A stretch of 21,023 nt of DNA from Pseudomonadota bacterium (lineage in GTDB: Bacteria > UBA10199 > 2-02-FULL-44-16 > JAAZCA01), in assembly GCA_043822785.1 (NCBI GenBank), contig JBDRBN010000083.1, forward strand, positions 1 to 21,023, read 5' to 3'. The first letter of the stretch is position 1; each line of letters opens with the position of its first letter. Shown piece after piece: positions 1-8,270 of this stretch. A model generated the notes under the pieces. That model saw only the letters and a program-made list of their open reading frames with translations. It searched no databases and had not been told where the DNA came from. Made by a program: the position numbers and the translations under genes.

Positions 1-385
1 TTTCGGCCTGCTTGCTCTCTCGCCCGGGCTTCATACAGTCAAGTCGCCTTGCTGCATGCCGGCTCTGATACAGCGTGCGTCAGGTCGCTTCGCTGATCCG
101 TCTCAAACGGACTGGCCTTCACAAACCTCGTGGCGCACATGACACGCAATTTAATCAATTTTCCTTCAAATACAAGTAAATAGTGCCATTGCCGGTATTA
201 TTATACCCTTGCCTCTAAAGTGTGAATCTGTTAGTTGCTGTCACCCAAATGCTCGCATCGTCTAGTTCCGATCCCGCAGCGATTTTAAAAAACAATCGCA
301 TATCCGAGCGAGGATCCTAGGCACTGCAGATGATTTTTCGCAGGGTAGTAAAAAACTTTTTATGAAAAACTAAGCAGGGAATGGC

Positions 386-461
386 GCTCCCATCGTCTAG
401 CGGTCTAGGATGTAGCCCTCTCAAGGCTAAGACACGGGTTCGAGTCCCGTTGGGAGCGCCA
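386..461 (+). tRNA. tRNA-Glu (anticodon CTC)
   Basis: Cloverleaf: acceptor GCTCCCA/TGGGAGC, D-arm GTCTAGCGGTCTAGGAT, anticodon arm TAGCC-CTCTCAA-GGCTA, T-arm ACGGG-TTCGAGT-CCCGT, encoded CCA at 459-461. Confidence 0.97.
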
Positions 462-506
462 TTTCCTGTTTTTCTTTTTTGAAAAAAATCATGCAGTGCC
501 GAGGGG

Positions 507-613
507 TGTAGCCCTCTCTGCCCGCTTACGCTAAAGCTACGGCGGGTCCTCGAAACGACATGGAAATTACTCTGCAATTTCCATGTCGTTTCGGGACTGA
601 GACACGGGTTCGA
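507..613 (+). pseudogene. Partial tRNA-Glu copy interrupted in the anticodon loop by hairpin repeats
   Basis: 507-518 TGTAGCCCTCTC is identical to tRNA 411-422, and 600-613 AGACACGGGTTCGA is identical to tRNA 430-443. About 75 bp of palindromic DNA lies between them. No acceptor stem. Confidence 0.75.
521..597. repeat. Two adjacent hairpins (REP-like unit plus a perfect 18-bp inverted repeat)
   Basis: CCCGC-TTACGCTAAAGCTACG-GCGGG at 521-546. CGAAACGACATGGAAATT (551-568) pairs perfectly with AATTTCCATGTCGTTTCG (576-593) around a 7-nt loop. Confidence 0.85.
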
Positions 614-746
614 CGACCGAGGCCTCTAATAAGATCGCGGAGCGATTGGGGCCGAGGAAGTGTCGGAATGAGTATTCCGACGCCCGTTGGGACCAACAGA
701 AAAATAGTCGATGGCACTGGTGAAATAAAATGCATATAATGTGCCC

Positions 747-1142
747 ATGAAGACAATCCAATACTTCTTGTTCATGTTCGTTGCCGTCATCCTCGTTGCC
801 TGTGGTGCGAACAACGGAAGTTTCGATCCATACACACCGATATTTGTTGACCCTCAAACCAAGCTCTCAGAGACTGCGGAGGCCGGTTTCACCACGCAGC
901 TGTTGAATGACGCAGTCGATTACGAACCCCTATTGGCCACTTCCGGCACCCAGGTGCACCTGGGGTTCTGGTCGGGTTCGGGCAATCACGGCAGCCTTGT
1001 CCGCTTACTGGATTCGATCAACACGCACTGTTTTGCCACAGAATCATCGCCTCAATGTGCGATATGGGACGAGAGAACAGACAATGCACCCGAGCCGGTA
1101 TCCGCGGATATCGCCGTGCCGGTGAATGTGGATAATCGTTAG
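747..1142 (+). CDS. Hypothetical lipoprotein
   Basis: From ATG 747: MKTIQYFLFMFVAVILVAC, i.e. basic N-terminus, hydrophobic core and LVAC lipobox. No recognisable domain. Confidence 0.6.
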   Translation: MKTIQYFLFMFVAVILVACGANNGSFDPYTPIFVDPQTKLSETAEAGFTTQLLNDAVDYEPLLATSGTQVHLGFWSGSGNHGSLVRLLDSINTHCFATESSPQCAIWDERTDNAPEPVSADIAVPVNVDNR

Positions 1143-1159
1143 TACATTCACGCCGATGG

Positions 1160-1229
1160 GAACCACTAGTAACAAGCTGATTCCTACTGGTAGTTGAGCC
1201 TACCATTAACAATCAGCTTCCTATTGGTA
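1160..1229. repeat. 70-bp palindromic repeat, copy 1
   Basis: About 60/70 identical to 20596-20665 in the same orientation; folds as a long imperfect hairpin. Confidence 0.9.
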
Positions 1230-1281
1230 ACTCTTCCAATTTTTATTGCTATAATCCATTTCTTATCGAATATAAGCGCTT

Positions 1282-2622
1282 ATGAATGTTTTTCTCCTCA
1301 TCTTCGGAGGACTTCTCCTTCTTGTCTTTGGCGCAGAGCTGCTCGTCAGGGGCTCGTCACGCCTCGCGACGGCCGCAAAAATACCCTCGCTCATCATCGG
1401 GCTTACGATCGTCGCTTTCGGAACAAGCTCCCCGGAACTTGTGGTCAGCATCTCCGCGTCGCTTCAGGCTCAGCCTGACATCGCCATCGGTAACGTGATA
1501 GGCAGCAATATCTTCAATGTCCTCTTCATATTAGGTATTTCGTCTATAATCACTCCCCTTGCGGTTACAAAACAGCTCATACGCCTGGATGTGCCGATTA
1601 TGATAGTTGTGTCCATAGCCGTCACGCTGATGGGGCTTAGCGGTAGGATAAGCCCTGCGGAAGGCGCCGTGCTTTTTTCCGGAATAATCCTATATGTCGG
1701 ATTTCTTGTATTCAAGGCACGAAGGGAGGGTGTTCAAAATGTCGCTCCCGAAAAACATCCGGACAAGGGAAGGACAAAGGTCCGGTCCATTATCCTCATG
1801 ATCGTCCTGATCATAATAGGACTTGTGATGCTAGTGGCCGGATCGAAGTTTCTTGTCGACGGCGCGGTCAAGATCTCCGAGGCCCTCGGCGTAAGCAAGC
1901 TCGTCATAGCCTTGACGATTGTGGCAGTCGGCACATCCCTGCCCGAACTTGCAACTTCCGTTGTCGCCAGCATACATGGGGAAAAGGATATCGCGGTCGG
2001 CAACATTATAGGGAGCAATATCTTCAACATCCTAGCCATAATCGGGCTCTCTGCAATGCTCTCTCCAGAAGGCGGCATTAGCGTTTCACACGACGCTCTC
2101 TCATTTGATCTGCCGATGATGACAGCGGTCGCAATCGCATGCCTCCCGATCTTCTATACAAAAAATGAGATATCGAGATGCGAAGGAGCGATTTTTTTGC
2201 TCTACTATCTTATTTATTTAATGTTCCTTATATTCACTGCTAAAGGCAAAGTTCCCGGTCCGGTCTTAACAGGCATCGTACTATATCTTGTTATCCCATT
2301 TACGGGCTTAATATTTCTGATTTCAATCCTGCGCTCATTAAGGCAGACTGAAAAGCTGATCTCCAGGATGTCGGATGCTATTTATAGCACCTTCGTCCTG
2401 TCGTATTCCTACGTAAAAAAAATTATCATCCTTACAGTGGGATTGACTATCCTTTTGGCAGGCCTAGCTATGATCTTCCTGCCGGGTCCAGGCATGCTGG
2501 TGATGCTTTTGGGGGTTACCCTTCTCGCTATTGAATTCGCCTTCTTTAAAAATCTACAGAAAAAGATTAAGGACAATCTTATTAAAGCTAAAGATAGGAT
2601 TTACGGAACATTTAAAGAATAG
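1282..2622 (+). CDS. Ca2+/Na+ (cation) antiporter, YrbG family, with C-terminal PGPGW-like membrane domain
   Basis: Two alpha repeats (GTSSPE...GNVIGSNIFN and GTSLPE...GNIIGSNIFN), many TM helices, and an extra C-terminal segment FLPGPGMLVMLLGVTLLAIEF. Confidence 0.93.
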   Translation: MNVFLLIFGGLLLLVFGAELLVRGSSRLATAAKIPSLIIGLTIVAFGTSSPELVVSISASLQAQPDIAIGNVIGSNIFNVLFILGISSIITPLAVTKQLIRLDVPIMIVVSIAVTLMGLSGRISPAEGAVLFSGIILYVGFLVFKARREGVQNVAPEKHPDKGRTKVRSIILMIVLIIIGLVMLVAGSKFLVDGAVKISEALGVSKLVIALTIVAVGTSLPELATSVVASIHGEKDIAVGNIIGSNIFNILAIIGLSAMLSPEGGISVSHDALSFDLPMMTAVAIACLPIFYTKNEISRCEGAIFLLYYLIYLMFLIFTAKGKVPGPVLTGIVLYLVIPFTGLIFLISILRSLRQTEKLISRMSDAIYSTFVLSYSYVKKIIILTVGLTILLAGLAMIFLPGPGMLVMLLGVTLLAIEFAFFKNLQKKIKDNLIKAKDRIYGTFKE

Positions 2623-2624
2623 TT

Positions 2625-3983
2625 TTATGTCCTCTCAAGATACTGGGCAACCTCCCAGGGAGTTACCTGAATTCTATATTCGTCCCATTCTTTATTTTTT
2701 GAATTTATAAAACGGCGAAATTGTTCTTGCCCAAATAATTCCGCTATTATTTCGCATCTGCTCATCTCGTCTATTGCCTCACCAAGGGAGGCCGGCAACG
2801 TATCGATTTTCATCTCACTTCTCTCTATTTTATCCAGCTCATAAACATTCTCTTCAACAGGATCAGGAATTTTCATTTTATTCTTTATACCCTCCAACCC
2901 TGCTTTTAACATCGCCGCAAATGCAAGATATGGATTGCAGCTTGGATCTCCGCACCGAAGTTCGGCACGCGTCATCTCTTCTCGCCCTTTAGAATACTTT
3001 GGGATCCTTATTAAAGCCGATCGATTAATCTGTGCCCAGCATATATACACCGGCGCTTCATAACCTGGAACCAAGCGTTTATAAGAATTGACCGTAGGCG
3101 CCACAATTGCCGAAATTCCGCGGGCAAAGAACAACTGCCCTGCTATAAAATGCCTTGCCACATCGCTAAGATTATAATCTCCGTTAGAATCATAAAATGC
3201 ATTTTTCCTTGTTTTAATATCAAACAGGCTCTGGTGCACATGCATACCATTGCCATTAACGCCAAATATGGGTTTTGGCATAAACGTAGCATAAAGGCCG
3301 TGCTCATTAGCTATGGATTTAACCACAACCTTGAAAGTGGACGCATCGTCTGCTGTTCTCAATGCTTTATTATATTTAAAATCGATTTCATGCTGACCTG
3401 GAGCCACTTCATGATGGCTCATCTCAACCTCTAACCCCATCTCCTCAAGGGCAAATACGATATCCCGTTTTACTTTATTGGCTAAGTCTCTTGGCGCACA
3501 ATCAAAATAGCCTGCAACATCGTGTGGATCAGCAACAATCTTCCCGTCTGCAGTAGGTTTAAACAAGAAAAACTCCAGCTCAGGACCAACGTTATACTCA
3601 AAACCCATATCCCTTGCTTCATTAACAACCCTTTTCAAAATATTTCTTGGATCCCCCTCAAACGGTTCCCCATTGGGCTTATACACATCGCATATCAAAC
3701 GAGCCTCTCGTTTCTGTTTTGCCTCCCAAGGTAAAATTGCATATGTGGATATATCGGGCACTAAGTACATGTCTGATTCGGCAATTCTGGCAAAACCCTC
3801 AATTGAACTGCCGTCAAACCAGTGCCCCTTCTCCAGACCTTCCCCTAATCTTTCAACGGGAATGGTCACGCTCTTAATTGCCCCATAGAAATCGGTGAAC
3901 TGTAATTGGATGAATTTAACATCATCGGATTGAACCTTTTTTACAAATTCACTATTTTTTTGATCCACAAAATCCTCCTCCAT
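2625..3983 (-). CDS. glnA: Glutamine synthetase type I (GSI-alpha-like)
   Basis: Motifs FDGSSI, GPELEFF, HHEVAPGQHEIDF, TFMPKP, NGMHVHQS, NSYKRLVPGYEAP, NRSALIRIP, DPSCNPYLA. The true start may be GTG 3968, which has GGAGGAGG 5 nt upstream. Confidence 0.97.
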   Translation of the reverse strand: MEEDFVDQKNSEFVKKVQSDDVKFIQLQFTDFYGAIKSVTIPVERLGEGLEKGHWFDGSSIEGFARIAESDMYLVPDISTYAILPWEAKQKREARLICDVYKPNGEPFEGDPRNILKRVVNEARDMGFEYNVGPELEFFLFKPTADGKIVADPHDVAGYFDCAPRDLANKVKRDIVFALEEMGLEVEMSHHEVAPGQHEIDFKYNKALRTADDASTFKVVVKSIANEHGLYATFMPKPIFGVNGNGMHVHQSLFDIKTRKNAFYDSNGDYNLSDVARHFIAGQLFFARGISAIVAPTVNSYKRLVPGYEAPVYICWAQINRSALIRIPKYSKGREEMTRAELRCGDPSCNPYLAFAAMLKAGLEGIKNKMKIPDPVEENVYELDKIERSEMKIDTLPASLGEAIDEMSRCEIIAELFGQEQFRRFINSKNKEWDEYRIQVTPWEVAQYLERT

Positions 3984-3985
3984 GA

Positions 3986-5221
3986 TTAATATAAATATAT
4001 TTGATGACTGTCTGGATTCTTGCCAAAAAAGGTAACATCATCAATCTTTTTCACCTTTGGTCCCCGACAAATCGCATAAATTGTTCTCTCTATTCCTATG
4101 CCGCCACCATATGTATCTGGAAATACCAGCCTACCCTTATCATCTTTCATGCTAGCAGCCATCAAAAAAGGTCCATATCCATTGAGTTGATCGATATTTT
4201 CAATGTTCCCACCTACGATAACTGGTCTTGCGGGGATAACCTTATTATCCAGGAGTCGTTCTACAATTGCTTCATAAAGCCATTCCCTTATGGCACCAGA
4301 AAGTATTTCTCTAGGCTCGGTCTGCTCGCCTGTATCCCGAATAATGCTTTTGGCATATACGTCGTAATTATAGACCATGTCTGAAGTTACCTGGTCTAAC
4401 TTGATCTTTCCGTCTGGTTTTAGATATGGGTATATGAGATCATAGTTTTCCCTCGGGATACCGGTTATCCAAAAAAATTGCGATGATGTTTCTTCTCCTA
4501 CCCCTTTTTCGTAGCCCTTACGTCCATATTTTTTTATCAATTTATCATAGGCAAAAGTAGGAAAGGGTTGCTTTGGAATGTCTATGGCAATTCCGAGCTC
4601 TTTTAAAGCATCTTGATTTTTGTGGGCAACCTTTCCCAAGCTAAAAATCAACATCCTCTCAAAGAAATCTTTGGCAATATTCATATCCTCGCTGAGGATC
4701 TTTTTAACCTCATCTGTTTTGTGAAGATAGGTTTCTAAATCAACACCCCTGTTTCTTCTTATTTCTAAATCCATCTGACTAAAGTCTACGATGTATTTTC
4801 CCCTCTGGGCTCCATCGGGGCTCATCACCTCTAACCTTATGTTGGGAGAGTCAACAAATATGCCCTTTATCTTCGGATGATGGCACGCCAAAAATTTTGA
4901 ATAGATCATGCTGTGGGTCAAAACGTATTGATGGCCTTTGTAAGAAATAGAGGGAACATGTTCTACATCGTGGCACAAAGGATCTGTAACCGGACTCAGC
5001 TGAACCCTTTCGATATTGTAAAGTCCTTCGTCTATCAAGAATTGATGCATGGCCCACACAAAGGTGGATCTTATAGATATCGCAGCGAGGAGGGTGTTTC
5101 CCAACCACTTCTGCTGATAGTTCTTTTTGATATATTCTTCAAGATTAGATCCGCTTTGCTTCAATGCGGCTTGAAAACCATATAGACTATCGCCAATTTT
5201 TCCGGAAGTGTCGTCTTTCAT
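3986..5221 (-). CDS. Archaeal-type asparagine synthetase A (AsnRS catalytic-domain paralogue, aspartate-ammonia ligase)
   Basis: SPVTDPL, LTHSMI, SPNIRLE, FSQMDLE, IPRENYD, EILSGAIREW and GIGIER match the AsnRS2/AS-AR family as I recall it; no anticodon-binding OB domain. ATG 5221 has AAGGGG 8 nt upstream. Confidence 0.85.
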   Translation of the reverse strand: MKDDTSGKIGDSLYGFQAALKQSGSNLEEYIKKNYQQKWLGNTLLAAISIRSTFVWAMHQFLIDEGLYNIERVQLSPVTDPLCHDVEHVPSISYKGHQYVLTHSMIYSKFLACHHPKIKGIFVDSPNIRLEVMSPDGAQRGKYIVDFSQMDLEIRRNRGVDLETYLHKTDEVKKILSEDMNIAKDFFERMLIFSLGKVAHKNQDALKELGIAIDIPKQPFPTFAYDKLIKKYGRKGYEKGVGEETSSQFFWITGIPRENYDLIYPYLKPDGKIKLDQVTSDMVYNYDVYAKSIIRDTGEQTEPREILSGAIREWLYEAIVERLLDNKVIPARPVIVGGNIENIDQLNGYGPFLMAASMKDDKGRLVFPDTYGGGIGIERTIYAICRGPKVKKIDDVTFFGKNPDSHQIYLY

Positions 5222-5310
5222 ACGCGAACCCCTTGTATTATTGATGATACAGGTCACCTATAGGGCGATTTATGCTTTTGTCAAAATGTTTTTAGGAATT
5301 CGGCCCTCTA

Positions 5311-7380
5311 TCAGTGATATACGTAATAAGCATCGTTGCTTGGCTGGCCATCTACAGTCACGATGACCTTGACGGCTCCATCGCCTGGTCCTGCTGGCGT
5401 TTCCACCGTAATCAGTGAATCTGACCATGCGGTCACATTTCCAGCGCTCGCCCCAAACATCACAGTGCTATCGCCCTGTGCATCGCCAAAATACATGCCA
5501 TCAATAGTCACCGCATCTCCACCTGCCCGATTCCCTTCGGACGGATCAATTGACGAGATCAATGGGCCACAGTCTTGCCCTGACGTAAACATAACAATGC
5601 CATCATTCGACTCAAGAACTGGCAGATGCGTTGTAAAAACCTCAGTCCAGTCACCAAATATGCCGTCATTATATGTGAATCCGGTAAGAGATAATGCGGT
5701 CACATTAACTTCATAGACCTGGCAGCTCTCAAGGCCGTCAATTGTACCATCAGGAAACGTTGGCAGCGAAAACTCAGCTCTATCTTTCGGCGCCATGATA
5801 TCCCAAACAACATTGTCTTCTGTTTCAGTCCCATCAAAATAAAGGGTGCCTATAGAGGTTAATGTTAAGTCAAAATCATCGCTAGGTGCTGTCCATGAGA
5901 CATCCATTCCGCTGCCAGACAAGACTTCACCATCCTCAGGAGCTGTCATGTGAGATGAGGGCAGAAGATAATCTATGTCAAACAACTGTGTATCATTCAT
6001 TATTATAGCGCTATTCGTATATGCCGTGTACGTACCGTCGGCCTTCGAAAGTTCTCCCCTTGTGATATAGATTGCATTTGCCATGTCTTGGCTAGCAGCC
6101 ACCTGCACCGGATCCAGCCCCCGAAACCGATATGCGAATTCGCTGATCTCGGTACCTCCAAGGCTCATGCCTGAAAACATACCAATAGGCGCAAACCCAT
6201 GCGGCGGTATATATGCCATGAGCATCTCTGTAATTTCATCATCAACCGCAGGTTGTGCATTTGTAAGATCTATGGTCACAGCCCAAGCATCACCCATATC
6301 AATAGTGAGCGGAATGCTTACATTTTCTGCATTGGCAGCAGTGTTTGTTGAATCAATTGCAAATGTGGCTACACCAAACTTAGAGAATGTCGCACTCATG
6401 TTCCACGGGTCGCTAAAATCGGCAAGGCCTGCTGTGGCAGTTACCCTGGCCTGATCCAAAAAAGCCGGGAACATCCCTTGATCCATACCAAACATAGGTA
6501 TCAAGATGGGCGGTTGACCAATACACGCTTCGCAGTCAGTGCTGTTTAGCGAATCCGAAATGTTATCCATTGGCACATTAATCCACGCAGCCCTTACTTC
6601 ACATGGAGCCACGCCAGGCCCAAAGGGACAGTTATCTGCCAAATCACCCCAGGTGGTCGCATCTATTGATGTGTTTATCCATCCATGTGGTCTCACAAGT
6701 GGTGAGAGCGTAATTGTAGCTTCCCACGGCTCCGAACCGACAAGGGCATAGTCTTTGCTTATGCTGGAATCGGCAGATGCCTGCGGCTGTGAATAATCAA
6801 AGATTGTATAGTTGCGATAACCGCTCTTTCCTGCTGTAATGGTCTGCGTATCATCCAAATCTTCAGAGCTGAATGAAATCTGGCCGCTGGCATCTGTGGT
6901 GCCCTGAAATTCAGTGGAAGGATCAGTCCCCAGCATTACAAAAGCTCCTTCAACTGCATTGCCATCCCTATCCACTACGTTAACGGTGAGGGTCGGTAAG
7001 ATATAGGTGAAGGCGTTTGCCAGAGTGCTACTTATTCCATATTTTGATGTTACAGAGACATCAACCGTGCCCACATCACCAGCAGGAGTTTTTGCGGTAA
7101 GAGTTGTGCTGCTGATATAGGTCACATCAGTTGCAGCGCTTGAACCCACCGTGACTGTTGTATAGTTATCAAAGTTCTGTCCGATAAGCGTGATCTGTGT
7201 TCCACCGGAAGGCGGACCTACAGATGGAGAGACACTGCTCACAGACACATCGCTACTGCCTATTCCACCCCCTCCGCAACCTGTCATGCCCACACCAAGC
7301 GCTAATATAATAAGGAACACTATTGATGTGGAAAGACACAGAAATTTACCCTTCTTGAGAATTATATGAGATGTATGCAT
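5311..7380 (-). CDS. Large surface lipoprotein with N- and C-terminal IPT/TIG domains, paralogue 1
   Basis: Lipobox MTGC; IPT/TIG signatures (SVSPSVGPPSGGTQITLIGQNF; SIDPSEGNRAGGDAVTIDGMYFG); a beta-sandwich segment TLTVNVVD..VEGAFV..TTDASGQ; GGGGG RBS. Confidence 0.9.
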   Translation of the reverse strand: MHTSHIILKKGKFLCLSTSIVFLIILALGVGMTGCGGGGIGSSDVSVSSVSPSVGPPSGGTQITLIGQNFDNYTTVTVGSSAATDVTYISSTTLTAKTPAGDVGTVDVSVTSKYGISSTLANAFTYILPTLTVNVVDRDGNAVEGAFVMLGTDPSTEFQGTTDASGQISFSSEDLDDTQTITAGKSGYRNYTIFDYSQPQASADSSISKDYALVGSEPWEATITLSPLVRPHGWINTSIDATTWGDLADNCPFGPGVAPCEVRAAWINVPMDNISDSLNSTDCEACIGQPPILIPMFGMDQGMFPAFLDQARVTATAGLADFSDPWNMSATFSKFGVATFAIDSTNTAANAENVSIPLTIDMGDAWAVTIDLTNAQPAVDDEITEMLMAYIPPHGFAPIGMFSGMSLGGTEISEFAYRFRGLDPVQVAASQDMANAIYITRGELSKADGTYTAYTNSAIIMNDTQLFDIDYLLPSSHMTAPEDGEVLSGSGMDVSWTAPSDDFDLTLTSIGTLYFDGTETEDNVVWDIMAPKDRAEFSLPTFPDGTIDGLESCQVYEVNVTALSLTGFTYNDGIFGDWTEVFTTHLPVLESNDGIVMFTSGQDCGPLISSIDPSEGNRAGGDAVTIDGMYFGDAQGDSTVMFGASAGNVTAWSDSLITVETPAGPGDGAVKVIVTVDGQPSNDAYYVYH

Positions 7381-7411
7381 AATACCCCCGCTAATGATAA
7401 ATTTATATTAC

Positions 7412-7427
7412 AGCATTATTTGTGCCA
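7412..7427 (-). promoter_or_regulatory. Candidate sigma54 -24/-12 promoter
   Basis: Minus strand reads TGGCAC-AAATA-ATGCT (GG-N10-GC), 31 nt upstream of the ATG at 7380. Confidence 0.55.
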
Positions 7428-7547
7428 GAAAAATTCAGAAGTTTCACAATCTAATGCCTTGAATTATATAAATAAATTATCTTGGCCAAATTGATAGGGG
7501 GGGTCGTTTTTACATATCTGTCAATAATATGACAGAAAGGGAATATC

Positions 7548-8267
7548 ATGAATATACTAGCGATAAATGGCAGCCCTCGGGGCAAGAAAGGAATGACCTG
7601 GTGGGTTTTAGAAAGATTTATCCAGGGAATGAACGAGGCAGGTGCAGAGGTCGATACGATTCAACTTGCAGGTAAGAACATAAAACATTGCACAGGAGAG
7701 CTTGCTTGTTGGTTCAAAACGCCTGGCCGCTGCATACATGACGACGACATGGAGCTGATTCTGGCTGCGATGAATAATGCCGAAGCACTCGTGCTAGCAA
7801 CGCCAGTCTATGTGGATGGCATGACCGGCCTGCTTAAAAATTGTATCGATCGCATGGTGCCACTGGCTGATCCCCACTTTGAAACGCGCGAAGGACATAT
7901 GCGACATCCCACAGCAGGACCTGCTCCCAAAAAAATTGCTCTAGTATCCACATGCGGTTTTGGAGAATTGGATAACTTTGATCCGCTCATAGGTCACATC
8001 AAGGCAATATGCAAAAACTTTAACGCCACTTTTGCTGGCTCTATTCTGCGGCCGGCAGCTCCTGTAATACCCTTTGCCACAATAAGGCATCCTTTTAAGA
8101 TGCGCTCTATCACTAAAGCCATCCGCGCTGGTGGAATGGAGTTTGTGCAAAAAGGCAGGATATCGGAAGAAACGCAAGAGAAGGCAGCAGCAGAGATCGT
8201 ATCAAAAGAAACCTATCTCAAGCAAGCCAACCGCTACTTCGAAAAGATGATCGACAAGAAAAAGTAA
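7548..8267 (+). CDS. Flavodoxin-fold flavoprotein (NADPH-dependent FMN reductase / iron-sulfur flavoprotein family)
   Basis: ILAINGSPR, CTGELACW..C..DD, ATPVYVDG, LKNCIDR; AAGGGA RBS. Confidence 0.92.
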   Translation: MNILAINGSPRGKKGMTWWVLERFIQGMNEAGAEVDTIQLAGKNIKHCTGELACWFKTPGRCIHDDDMELILAAMNNAEALVLATPVYVDGMTGLLKNCIDRMVPLADPHFETREGHMRHPTAGPAPKKIALVSTCGFGELDNFDPLIGHIKAICKNFNATFAGSILRPAAPVIPFATIRHPFKMRSITKAIRAGGMEFVQKGRISEETQEKAAAEIVSKETYLKQANRYFEKMIDKKK

Positions 8268-8270
8268 ACG

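Noticed and set aside
1..135. GC-rich non-coding stretch, possibly the end of a repeat element
   Set aside because: Truncated by the window edge; only a 5-bp stem and no partner copy were found.
317..857. Short minus-strand ORFs, and similar antisense ORFs across the window
   Set aside because: They overlap the tRNA, hairpins or better-supported genes and have no motifs; treated as shadow frames.
2830..2860. Fic acting as the adenylyltransferase for the GlnA Tyr loop (EENVYEL)
   Set aside because: The genes are about 14 kb apart, GS adenylylation is a GlnE function, and nothing in the sequence links them.
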